DNA of 34,796 nt from positions 1 through 34,796 of the forward strand of contig JYFJ02004109.1 of assembly GCA_000934665.2 (NCBI GenBank), given 5' to 3'. Below the pieces are notes generated by a model, which worked only from the letters and a program-made list of their open reading frames with translations, did not search any database and was not told the DNA's origin. Numbering within the stretch: position 1 is the stretch's first letter; each line of letters starts with the position of its first letter. Position numbers and translations under genes: made by a program. Shown in pieces: positions 1 to 10,320 of the stretch. The DNA comes from Catajapyx aquilonaris (lineage: Eukaryota).

Positions 1-1042
1 TCGTTCTCTCCAGGTTAGTTCCAGCCCTGCCTCCCCATGACTCCTTATTTCCAGGCATGAGGCATCGCTAACCCAGCGCCATTGTGGCCTTTTCAGAGCA
101 ACTGTACGAGATAAGGAAGGCGAGGCTGGCGCGGGTGATATGCGACAACAGCGACCTTCTCGACACCATCCAGCTCTACCCCATGGTGCTTCCGGATCAC
201 GAAATGTACGTGTCTCTTCACCAGAGAGAAATCCTTTAATGTTTTGTCTCCACAGCTTCAACAAGATAGTTGTTTATTCCACTAATTTTTATTCAGAATA
301 TTGAAAGGCTCCATTAATAATGTCCCTATCGTGGTAATGTTCCATCAGGTGCTAACACACTCTTCTTCCATCTGGATTGATCGACCCAGATTGACCCTCG
401 AACCTATTCATAACCCACTGTCTCCACTAGAACTCGATGTAAGGTTGCCAGAGGAACCAGAGGAACCTGATGATGTCAATGTTTTCTAGTAGTCAGAGTC
501 TTATTTCTTCTGTCTTAGTCAAAAGATTAATGTTATGTATGAGATATGAAAACCTTTGCACAATTTGACATAAGCACAACTTGAGTTAGTTATTAATGAA
601 ATTAGTCAGTTTCGACACGAAACATAAGTTACACTAACGCCATTGCTGCTTATGTTCAGTCGTGTTTATATTAAAATGCGCTTTATTTATTTATTTATTT
701 ATTCATCTGGCAACCTTCAGCAAAATCAAGTCTAGAAACTGCTTGTTGGTTCAAATCGGTTGTAGAGTCGCTCATGGTCCAGCCAGAAGGATATTAAGAG
801 ACGGATCCACATAATGTAGCATAACGCGAACGTTTTCCACCGATTTCTGGCTTGTACCTCCAAATCTATAGTTATCACATTTTAACATTTGCCCCCCCCC
901 CCCTTTCCCCGGCCTCCCACCTCCCTTTTACAGCAACCCCCGTGTGCCATGCCGCAGCAGCATAATCCCCCACCTGGACCTGAGCAAGTGGGCGGACTAC
1001 GACGGGGGAGGTGCCTACGCCTCGCATGACTCCCATGTTCTC
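1..1042 (+). CDS. Animal heme peroxidase (peroxidase-cyclooxygenase family, chorion peroxidase/peroxinectin-like), 3' exons only. Exons <1..13, 97..205, 934..1042
   Basis: GT-AG introns 14..96 (phase 1) and 206..933 (phase 2) join SFSP-EQLYEIRKARLARVICDNSDLLDTIQLYPMVLPDHEI-NPRVPCRSSIIPHLDLSKWAD. This matches the C-terminal signature of the An_peroxidase domain (QL.EIRK..LAR.ICDN...NPR..C...LDL..W). A phase-0 donor GTGAGT follows at 1043. The gene starts upstream of the window. Confidence 0.9.
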
Positions 1043-1807
1043 GTGAGTAGTCTCAGTGACATCTTCACCTCGTGGGAGAAAAAATGATCGGATGATGATG
1101 CTGACCACATACGACCACATTTACACACGTCACATGGACAACGCAACAACTGTTAAGGCCGTCCAAATACTCCAATTCATGACGCGACTCGACCTTTTGT
1201 CCCCTATGTTTTATGTGGACGTCCCCCCTGTACAGTGTACATAGTTCTACCTTATGTAATGAGCGTGATTGGACAACCAACCGACCGACCGACCAATCAC
1301 GTGCAAGTGCCGTTTTGTACCTACCATTTCTTCCCCCCCACTTTTCTATTGTACATTAGAACATTAGATGGACGAGAGTGGTTTTTGATCGCCAGCCCTG
1401 AAAGGATTCGACCTGCACTCGGTTTCTTACGACCCCTTTATTTCCAACCTTATATGTTTCCAAGCCCTGTCTCGTTCTATGCATGCAGCTTGCGCTTTCG
1501 TTCGTCCTTCGTCTTGTAAACGTCACTCACCCCCGCTTCCACCAATACGCGCATCAGGCTCGAATAGGCCACGCCCTTTTTTGGAGGGATGACGTCACGG
1601 AGATAAGGAGCCTGTCATTGATTGGCTGACTATTCGTGACGTCATCCATCCTCAGGCCATTTTGGGAAATGTGACATCATGAAATGGGAAGCCATCTTCA
1701 GTTAAATGCGCGTTGCGACTGTTGTTGATGACAACGCGAGAGTAGACGCGACATTTCTCGTGTAATAATAACCGGCCAAGTGACAGACTGACCGACGATC
1801 CTCTTTC

Positions 1808-2125
1808 TGACCCTGTGAACCAAAGAAGGGAAGTTGGGCATAAGGGCATGCTGGGTCTATCACTCCGCCTGATTGGAGGGTCTCTACGACTTTACGGCCC
1901 GTTAAAAAGGGGGTGGATAAAGAGCACGGCTGACTGAGTATAGCCGTCCATTAACTCTTAATTGCTGTTCAGTTAAGCACTAACATATCCTCACTCCTTG
2001 CTGATTCAACTTCCCAGTGTAGATTTTGATTTTGGATACACTTGGAGGGGGCAGGTGAACCAGGCTTGATTTTTGTTGACTCTTAAGGCTGGCTCTCATT
2101 TAACTTGGTTTGGTTCACAGGGTCA
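1808..2125. mobile_element. MITE-like element with 17-bp terminal inverted repeats
   Basis: TGACCCTGTGAACCAAA (1808-1824) and its exact reverse complement TTTGGTTCACAGGGTCA (2109-2125). No coding capacity; target-site duplication not resolved. Confidence 0.6.
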
Positions 2126-2689
2126 TAATTATACTCTACTACTGATCCTACCCTCCCTCGCCTCCCCGGCTACCCCGCGAGTAGTTCGGCGTTACCACCA
2201 ATCGCAGCTAGAGAAAACAGGGTAAGAAAAGTATCAGGATGCCAACTGGAAAAGCTTTTGTGATTCAGTCAGAAAAACGCACTGGGAACGAACATGTTAT
2301 TTTCAATATTGGCATCTTGCTACGATTCTTTCCAAGAATTCCCTATACGGTACCACAACAATGCATTGCTGCTTCGACAGTGTTGCCAGATCATATTCTT
2401 CTAATGGTCCTATTATGCTCTTCCTTTACTCAAGCCGCTTTCTGTGTTGACATCGCCAAATGTGACTAATCCATCAACTTTCCCCCGTCCCACCCTCATC
2501 TGATCGTCAACATGGGCAGAGAAACACACTCTTATACAGGCTGTGTTTCTCACCCACCCTCGTATACGTGCCCCCCTGTATCTGGCAACCCTGTCATTGC
2601 CGTGGCCTATCGGTTGGTGGGACGGTCCTCCTTGGCTCCCGTGTTTGGTAGCGGGTCGTGTACCGTGAGTTCCGTCTATCCCACCACAG

Positions 2690-2842
2690 GTACCTGCCCC
2701 AGAGGGCACCATACTAACAGGCGGCGTCCACCACCAACAACTCCTAGAACCCGTCGCCGCAGTCGCCGAAGGGCCTTCTCCGCATATGCTAGGACGCACT
2801 TTCCACGGGAAATCCTCCCTGGCACCTCTCTTTGACCTGTGA
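2690..2842 (+). CDS. Candidate terminal coding exon of the peroxidase gene (VPAPEGTILTGGVHHQQLLEPVAAVAEGPSPHMLGRTFHGKSSLAPLFDL*)
   Basis: Acceptor TCCCACCACAG ends at 2689 in phase 0, matching the donor at 1043. It opens 50 codons, then TGA. A long U-rich UTR-like tract follows, with AATAAA at 4273-4278. Confidence 0.5.
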   Translation, partial: VPAPEGTILTGGVHHQQLLEPVAAVAEGPSPHMLGRTFHGKSSLAPLFDL

Positions 2843-3532
2843 CCTCATTCACTGGCTCCTATCGCTGCTGCTGGTGCTGCTGCCTTTATTACTATCTCTA
2901 TGTGACGTCAACTCTCTATATGCCGCTGCCATCGACGCCGCAACCGACATCGCTGTTGCCACTGCTGCCTCTGGGTCACACTACGTCACTATACCTATCC
3001 GATAACGTCACTTTTTACTCAAAGGAGACCGTCAGTACATTACGTCACGCCGGCCTTAAACGTCGTCACGTGCCCGTCACGCTCCGTCCATGTCACTTAT
3101 TGGCAAAAAAGACGCATCTGCAATCATTGCGTCACTCGCTTCCCCATTCTTCCAGGGTCACGCTACGTAACGTTTCAGGCTTGACGTAATTTACGTACGG
3201 CCCCTTCTGTCCTGTGTCACTCTGGCTTCCAGGCTCGTTTTGATATTACTCTTATTACTACCACCCTTGTTGCTCCTTTGACTTCTGTATAAAAACTGTC
3301 CGTGTCTGTATATTATTGTTTGTTCAGTTTGTTTGCCTCCATCTTGTTCTTGAATGCAACGCGCATCAGGCTTTCTAGATCAGCAATTGGCTGTCTGTAC
3401 ATATGTCGTACATATGTGCGCGTGTGACTTAATGAGGCGTGATATCATGAAACGCAGTTTTCTTTGTTCATACCTACATCTTCCTTCGTCTGTCTCTGCC
3501 GCTGTTCTTTCCCCTCAATTCGGCCTCAGTTA

Positions 3533-3552
3533 AGGTCAAAGGTCACTGATCC
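3533..3552 (+). promoter_or_regulatory. Composite nuclear-receptor element: perfect DR1 overlapping an IR1/EcRE-like palindrome
   Basis: AGGTCA-A-AGGTCA (3533-3545) continues as AGGTCA-C-TGATCC (3540-3552), one mismatch from the RG(G/T)TCANTGA(C/A)CY ecdysone-response consensus. Motif match only. Confidence 0.35.
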
Positions 3553-5039
3553 ATGACTTTATCTGAGGTCACTGGTGGTGTGAACTTTTTCCCCTCTCTC
3601 CCCACACTCTCTGTAACTATATTATTTATTGCCTACTTCCCCTTTTGTACGAGTTGAAAATAGTCATAGGAGGAGACACGTCTCCCCAATAATTGCCCCC
3701 AAACACTAATACGTAATTTACATAAATTATAATTAATATTATTTGTAATTACTCCGATTTCTATATAATTATGAGACGCCATCTTTCTCTCTGCCTCTCT
3801 ACTTTTTGTACGTGAACTTCTTTTTTTACTCTTTTCGTGTCAACACATCATTTTGCAGTACTGTACACTTATTATTTCTGGTACCCCATAGTTTGAAGTG
3901 TGGCAGTATTTGTGCGTCACTTTCTGCTGCACCCTGTGCTTTTTTTAGACACGCTGATTGGGCACGGTGAATAGCGTAACGGCTAGAGAGAAAAAAGCGA
4001 CTTTTAATGAAGCGGCCAAAATGGGACTCGAATATTACTTCTGTTTTTAATTTTAAATATTATTTTAAATGTGGTTTTTGTGTTGGTGAATGTACTGTAC
4101 ATGTGTGTTGATCATAATTATTTTTGTCCTATTGGTCGGTCCTTATACTTCACTCGTTGTAACGTAGCGTTATCGTACCGTAGCGCACTCCCCCAGCACT
4201 GTAGCCCACGTTACGTTATTTTTATTACTTTTTTTTTGCCCCCAAAGCGGATAAAAGAAAAAAAAGCAGTGAAAATAAACCTCCTCTCGTTGTATATCTG
4301 TTGTACATAATTTTTACATATATGTTTTTTCGACTAACCTGCCATCGACTTGTCATTTCAGGACCATTCAGCAGATATGCTTTTGTTTCCACTGACTCAC
4401 TTGACAAAGACTATTATTCTAACGCAGCAAAGCAGCCAAGACTTGATCTAATTGTTACAACTGCTATCTGTGCAGGGCTATGATTTATGCTCGCAATTTT
4501 AATACAGTAACGACTCTTAATGACAGTTGTAAAATTATAACAGTTGTAGCTTGTCAGTGTCTGAAAAATCAGTTCTACGTAATAATATGAGCTATTCAGG
4601 CTGTTTTTTGTACGTACGAGCCTTAGCTGTTCGTTGTAAGAGAGCGTGCGTTTTTTTTCACGTGTGTGTACAAAGAGCTTTTAAAGTTTGATCTTAAATT
4701 AAGATACACATTCAGGTGTGCAAGCCAGTACACTTTTCCGGGCGAAGAAATGCGATTCTATTAAAAATCCCGTATTAAAGGAGACACTTTTCCAGGCCTG
4801 CAAGCTTCAGAAGCGTCTTTAAAAATAATTCAACTATTACGAAAAGGATGTCGACTTAAGAATTTTGTGAACAATATTTTCTTGGTGAAAGGACCAACTT
4901 CGAGTCTTGACTGGCTTTTTCTATGTGCGTGTAAATGACTGACCAGCTGACTGACCTCTGGACTGACCTACTGACCTCTGCTGAGTGTTGACACCTTCCC
5001 ATACAGTTATTAAAATTCCATAACTCCATCACCTGTGTG

Positions 5040-5195
5040 TATAAAGAGAAAGCAAAAAAAGAGACCTTCCAGTGGCCTTATTTCCACCTGGCGCGCCTTC
5101 ATTCGCTCCAGGGCTGTACATAATGTACTCTCTATGTGTACACTCTCTATGTACTGCCGCCCCACTACTGCGCACAAGCACGTCCCCAGGTAAGT
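5040..5195 (+). promoter_or_regulatory. Putative TATA promoter and short first exon ending in a consensus donor
   Basis: TATAAAGA at 5040-5047, Inr-like CCAGT about 30 nt downstream, and CAG|GTAAGT donor at 5190. Confidence 0.4.
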
Positions 5196-6097
5196 ACTGT
5201 ACATTACGCACATTTTTTTTCTTCTGGTGGTGGGTATGTCGTATACGAAATACTGACTTTTACGTATTGAAAATTACTGCCTCGACAACAATGGGATCAC
5301 ATCAGGATGTTGCCCTTGTTGGAAGACTCTGACGTCATTCCTTTTTCATCACATTCCGACGTAATAACGGCGGTGCTACTTGTAACAAGGATAATCCTTA
5401 GGAAAAGAGCAATAACTGCATATTACAGTTACGGTTTTCTTTCCAACTAGGACGTAAAATTGGGAGGGGCTCAAATAGCAACGATAATAATTATGAGCAT
5501 AAAATTGTTACTCTCACCCTCCAGAGTAATTATTGTGACAACCTACGAGGACCCAGAACGAAACGGCACTTAGATATATACAGTTTTGTTGCAGCAACAG
5601 CTTTCAAATTTATTCGCTACAGGTTCGGAATGGCATAAAACGTGACAAAACTCTAACTTAAAACGGCATCATGCAGTCTCCAGTAAAACATGCCTAACTT
5701 CTAGTCTAAGACATAAGGCTGGGTTGCTTAAAAGTTGGTAAGCCCTGAGCAAGTAATATTAATCCCCACTTGTTTTTACCACGTGATGACCCGAACCTCC
5801 GCCTGCCATCGGCTGATAAGGCTTGTGGTTGTCGACGTTATGCTCTGGTCATCACAAGCTCGTAACAGTCATAAGGCAGAGCCCCTTTTGATGACTTGGA
5901 GATGATCAGGCATCTCACCACTCGTGTGTACGAGTATTTAGGCAGATTTACTCCTGGTGTTTCCTAAGTACTCAAAAGGGGGTCTGGTCGTGCTTGATTG
6001 CATTCTGAACACGCGGTCGAGACGCCGCGCCGGCCACGCATCTCGAGCGCGTCTTCCCTGTCCTGGTATCTGATTGGTTCCCCCTGGCCTCTTGCAG

Positions 6098-6904
6098 AAG
6101 GACACCCTGGTGATCTACCACCCTTTCCCCCTGGATCCAAACCTGGCCTCCGCTTCTAAAGGAAAGTACGTGAACCAGAAGGGCCTGGAGCAGCTGCGCC
6201 ACGCCTTGAAAGATGGCCAATACGCAGGGATCTACTCGCGTCACCCGGAGAAGCCTTTCAACGGATACATCAAGAACATCCTCACCCCTAGGCCCATAGT
6301 GGTGGCCCTACACCCGGGACCCAGGCCAGCCTCCACTGACCTCTTCTCCGGGTCAGGATCAGGGTCCGGGTCCGGATCAGGAACCGGGTTCGGCCCTCTT
6401 CCTCCTCCGCCGCCTCCCCCGCCGCGCAGGCCCAGACCTCTCTTCAGACGTCCCCTGATGCGACACAGGCAGTTCCTCCACGGCTCCCCGTCCGCCCCTG
6501 TGCTGTCCTACGGCACAGGCAACGCGCTGCACTACGGATTCAGACCCACTCACGGGCCGTACGGAAACGTCTCGTACCTGGGGCTACGCAGGTACGGTCT
6601 GCCGGACGACGACGTCTTCCCCGTCCGGCCTAACGTCAGGGTCACCAAGGACGTCTCGGCCGCTGCTGAGGACAAAACTGAGGTCGAATCCACCACCGAT
6701 TCGGACACCAACACCACTGCGACCACTGATGCGCCCGAGCGGTCCAGACGGAGCCCGGACGACCAGACGGTACCGGAAAGAAACGTCACCAGCAGGGCGG
6801 ACACTACTGGTCCGACCAAGTCCAGAGGCATTCTGGACAACATCTTCGAGTTTGTGCAGTCCGTTATCACGTCCGTCAACAGGCTTTTGAACGGAGGGAG
6901 CTAA
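6098..6904 (+). CDS. Large terminal coding exon (268 codons) of a low-complexity Gly-Ser/Pro/Thr-rich, probably secreted or cuticular region. Either an alternative last exon of the peroxidase or the last exon of a separate gene
   Basis: Acceptor CCCCTGGCCTCTTGCAG ends at 6097 (phase 0). Long GC3-rich open frame to TAA 6902-6904 with a (GS)n tract, poly-Pro, an RSRR furin-like site and an amphipathic C-terminal helix. Confidence 0.7.
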   Translation, partial: KDTLVIYHPFPLDPNLASASKGKYVNQKGLEQLRHALKDGQYAGIYSRHPEKPFNGYIKNILTPRPIVVALHPGPRPASTDLFSGSGSGSGSGSGTGFGPLPPPPPPPPRRPRPLFRRPLMRHRQFLHGSPSAPVLSYGTGNALHYGFRPTHGPYGNVSYLGLRRYGLPDDDVFPVRPNVRVTKDVSAAAEDKTEVESTTDSDTNTTATTDAPERSRRSPDDQTVPERNVTSRADTTGPTKSRGILDNIFEFVQSVITSVNRLLNGGS

Positions 6905-7286
6905 ACCGGGTGGCAGGTCCGATGCATTGTCTTTTGCACCGGCGGGTTTTTTGTTTTTCTTGTTTGTTTTTCATCCTTTTCAAACGACACGCACACAAAA
7001 AGAAATAGTAACCAAAATTTGTTGTCTACTTTTGGTGGCTATATCCGACGGTTCGTATTCTGAAACACGGACTAGTGAGGTCTAACTGTTAAGCTGGTGA
7101 GACTAGGCAGGACTGTTGTAACTACTACACAATAACTCTGTGCCTGCTCAATCACGGGGATAGGCCATGAGGTACAGTACGTCACTCTGGCCCCAACTCA
7201 CCTCAAACAGCACCATACGTAACGCCTGTGTTTTTCTTTTCACAGCGAATTTAAATTTCAGACACCTATTTTTTGAAAGAATATTG

Positions 7287-8147
7287 ACAAGGGACATTTC
7301 CCGGGTGATAATGACGGATCATGATGATGAAACTTAACATGCTAATACAGGACAATATATGATAACCAAAAATGAAATATTTCGGTCTGAGGGCCATATT
7401 TGCAAAAGTTATGACGTCTTAAAGAGCCAAAAATAATACAGTTTCACACACAATGGGATTACATTAGCCACCACATATAGTAATGACATTGAAGTGTGTA
7501 ATCTGTTACTAGACCTTTTCTCGTCGGAAAAAAGTGTCCTATAGAACTGCCCTGTCCGTTAGGCCGTCCGTCTGTGGACAGGTATCAAGGCCTAAACCGC
7601 AAGAGATAACGACAAACGGTCCACAACCCCTGTGCCAGAGCGCCAAGTAAATCCTCGAAAAACACGGTCGGGAATCCACGGAAACTAACTTCGAAATCCA
7701 AAGATAAGCCGCCTGTAAAGTAGACTTGTGCGAATAGAGTAAACCCGGAAAGCCGTAAGTGGCGGGTCACAGGAAATTGACCATGAAACCTATTTTGGCC
7801 AAGCATAATCCGAATATGAAAACCGTTTGTCGTTATCATTTGCGGTTTAGGCCTTGATACCTGTCCACAGACGGACGGACGGACAGAGCCGTTCTATAGG
7901 CCTTTTTCTGATTAGAAAAAGTCAAGAAACTGATAACACCCTTCAATGTCATTATATGTGGTCGCTAATGTAATCCCATCGTGTATAAAAATGTATTATT
8001 TCTGACACTGCAAGACGTCATAACTTTTGCAAATATGGGCCTCAGCCGGAAATATTTCATTTTTGGTTATCATATACTGTATTGTCGTGTATTGGCATAT
8101 TAAGTTTCATCGAGATCAGTCATTATCACCCGGGGAATGTCCCTTGT
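7287..8147. mobile_element. Foldback / long-inverted-repeat non-autonomous element (arms about 330 bp, spacer about 200 bp)
   Basis: The left arm ACAAGGGACATTTCCCGGGTGATAATGAC...GATAACGACAAACGGT (7287-7620) is the diverged reverse complement of the right arm ACCGTTTGTCGTTATC...GTCATTATCACCCGGGGAATGTCCCTTGT (7823-8147). Each arm contains a GTCC/GTCT microsatellite. Confidence 0.85.
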
Positions 8148-8480
8148 GAGTATGACGTAATGTTCGTCCGAACCCCCGACACCCAAGTCACGCTGCGTAA
8201 CGCTAGAGTCAACCCCCCACCAGCGTGACGTACTTTAAGGAAGCCTAGAGGTGGAATTTTAGTATCTCTGCTATAGTTATTGCAAGGTTAGCAGTGACAA
8301 AGAAGTGGGACGAAAATTCGATCCACAGACTTTTGTGGTTCGAAGCTGCTAAACCCGTATAGGTCAGGAGGATTATGGAGTTATATTGATTGGTGGGGAG
8401 CGACATGGGGCGGGACTTAGTCTGGAATGATTGTCAGGACCAGAGTTATCGTGTAGCCACTGTAGCTGGGTCTGGAAAAG

Positions 8481-8880
8481 GGCTCATGCAAAAACACGGA
8501 ATTAGTTTAAACCTCTTTTTTAAAAATCCCCTAACCCGAGACTAGCGTGGACTAAGGGGAAGTTTCAGGATAGGGAATAGATCCGGAACAAGTGATAACA
8601 CGAATCAAAATTCAAACAGATTATTCTGGATTCGCTACTGATCATGCAACGTACTCTAACAACGTTAGACCAGGATTTGGATGGACTAGCGGGGTCTAAC
8701 TATTTACAACTCTAACTTCTTACAACGATGAGGTCATATTTCATGGTGGTACTCGCGATGTTGCCATTGTTGTGCTTTCTAATGCCAATAGCGACCGACA
8801 CTCTTTGTCCACCCTAGTCTGCCTTAGTCCGGCCTAGTCCCGGGCCTAGCGCCGATTAGCCAGTGTTTCTGAATGTGACC
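8481..8880. mobile_element. Degenerate MITE-like element (possibly PIF/Harbinger type)
   Basis: Imperfect termini GGGCTCATGCAAAAACACGGA and CAGTGTTTCTGAATGTGACCC, with internal GGACTAG/CTAGTCC motifs. A related fragment (ATTCTGAAACACGGACTAGTGAGGTCTAACT) lies at about 7057-7087. Confidence 0.35.
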
Positions 8881-10320
8881 CAACTAGTTGTAGCTATTTA
8901 TTCCCCCAAAGTGGGAGAAGCCGGTGCCTCCCTCCCCCCTAGGAGACAATTAAAGCGCGACAAGTGCCAATTCACTCCTTCCCAAATTAACACGTGCGAC
9001 CACGACTCTAAAATCACTCTACTTCCGCAGCTAATACTTTCGACAGCCACTAAAAATAACTGCTTAGAGCAATAAAAGTTGCAAGCTACAATCTTACATT
9101 GCAATAGGGACAGGCTGTGCTCTGTATATAGGGAGTAGAGTGATTGAAGAGTGTCCGTGAGCAGAGCACCTGGCATTAGTGCAGGTCTACGCAGCATGAT
9201 TGTCGCATCATGTACGTCCCGCCTCCGGTACGTGCGTCTCGTCGGTACGACACAGGTTTCGGGTCATCGCTTTCCTTCCTCCTCCTCCTCTTCTTCTTCT
9301 TCGTGTATTATTATTTTTGTTGCAATTTTTTATTGGGGGAAAATAAAAAGGCCTGTATCGCGCAGACTCAGTGCGAGACACGCGGTGTGAACGGACCTTG
9401 TTGCTATACTGTACATATTGTAGATGATGCGTGTGAACCGGGACACATGTGATTTGGTGGTTGACGACGACGTGCGAAAGAGAGAGAGCGAGAGAGAGAG
9501 AAAGAGTATATACTGTTGGCATGTCCACGAATTAATGGAGACGTGTCGGGATTGTTTGTCGACGACACTTGAATGAAGAACCAGTGATGATGCTGACGAG
9601 TCAAACCGTCGCCTTTTTCTTTCCCCCTTTTTCATTTACAGATAAACCCTCGTTACTTCCAATTCCTTTTGTCCCTTTTGTGTTGCTTTCAGGACCCTCG
9701 CCCCCTTGGCACTAATCAGTTTTGGAGAGCAAAGGCACCTCTGCATGCCCAGGAGTTTGCCCCCGAGGTTTGCCCGGATAATAATTCTGAAGCACCTTGT
9801 GCATGACTCTAAGAGCAGCAATCTGCTACATGAACATATTTTTAAAACAATGGTAAGAATAGGCAGGCGACCTGAGGAATAATGGTTGTAGCTTGTTGTA
9901 GCCAATCCCTGCCGTTATTTACAACAAGAATCGAAGGCTTACTTTCTATCGGTGCGTGGCTTACAAATGAGCGCCTGGAATATTTGCATTTATATTAAAA
10001 GCGAGAGGTGCTGTATATACGTAGAGCTGCTTACACACTCGACCTTCTTTTTGCGAGCTTACTAATTAGTAACTGCGTGGTCTTGCAGCAGGAGGTTCGT
10101 TAGTCCAACGCAATTAGCACTCGTTCAGGTGTCGACTGGTCCTGTCTATACGGGGCTGTTGACATAACCTATACCTATAGCCAGGGATATCATTTCAGGT
10201 GTTGTGTGGTCTCCGCAGCATCGTTAACCGGATGATTGGAATCAAACAAACCAGAGGTACAGTAGCTACGTACATGCAGAAATATCCTGGCAATAATGCG
10301 TCACTCCTTCATTTCAAGTA

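Noticed and set aside
2512..2835. ORF with Arg-rich RTRRRSRRR suggesting a viral capsid or protamine-like protein
   Set aside because: No further viral motifs. The Arg-rich part is an alternative frame of the better-supported candidate exon 2690..2842.
1547..3372. 14-bp direct repeat ACGCGCATCAGGCT at 1547 and 3359, considered as LTR or element boundaries
   Set aside because: Similarity does not extend; no TG..CA termini, primer-binding site or retroelement coding sequence.
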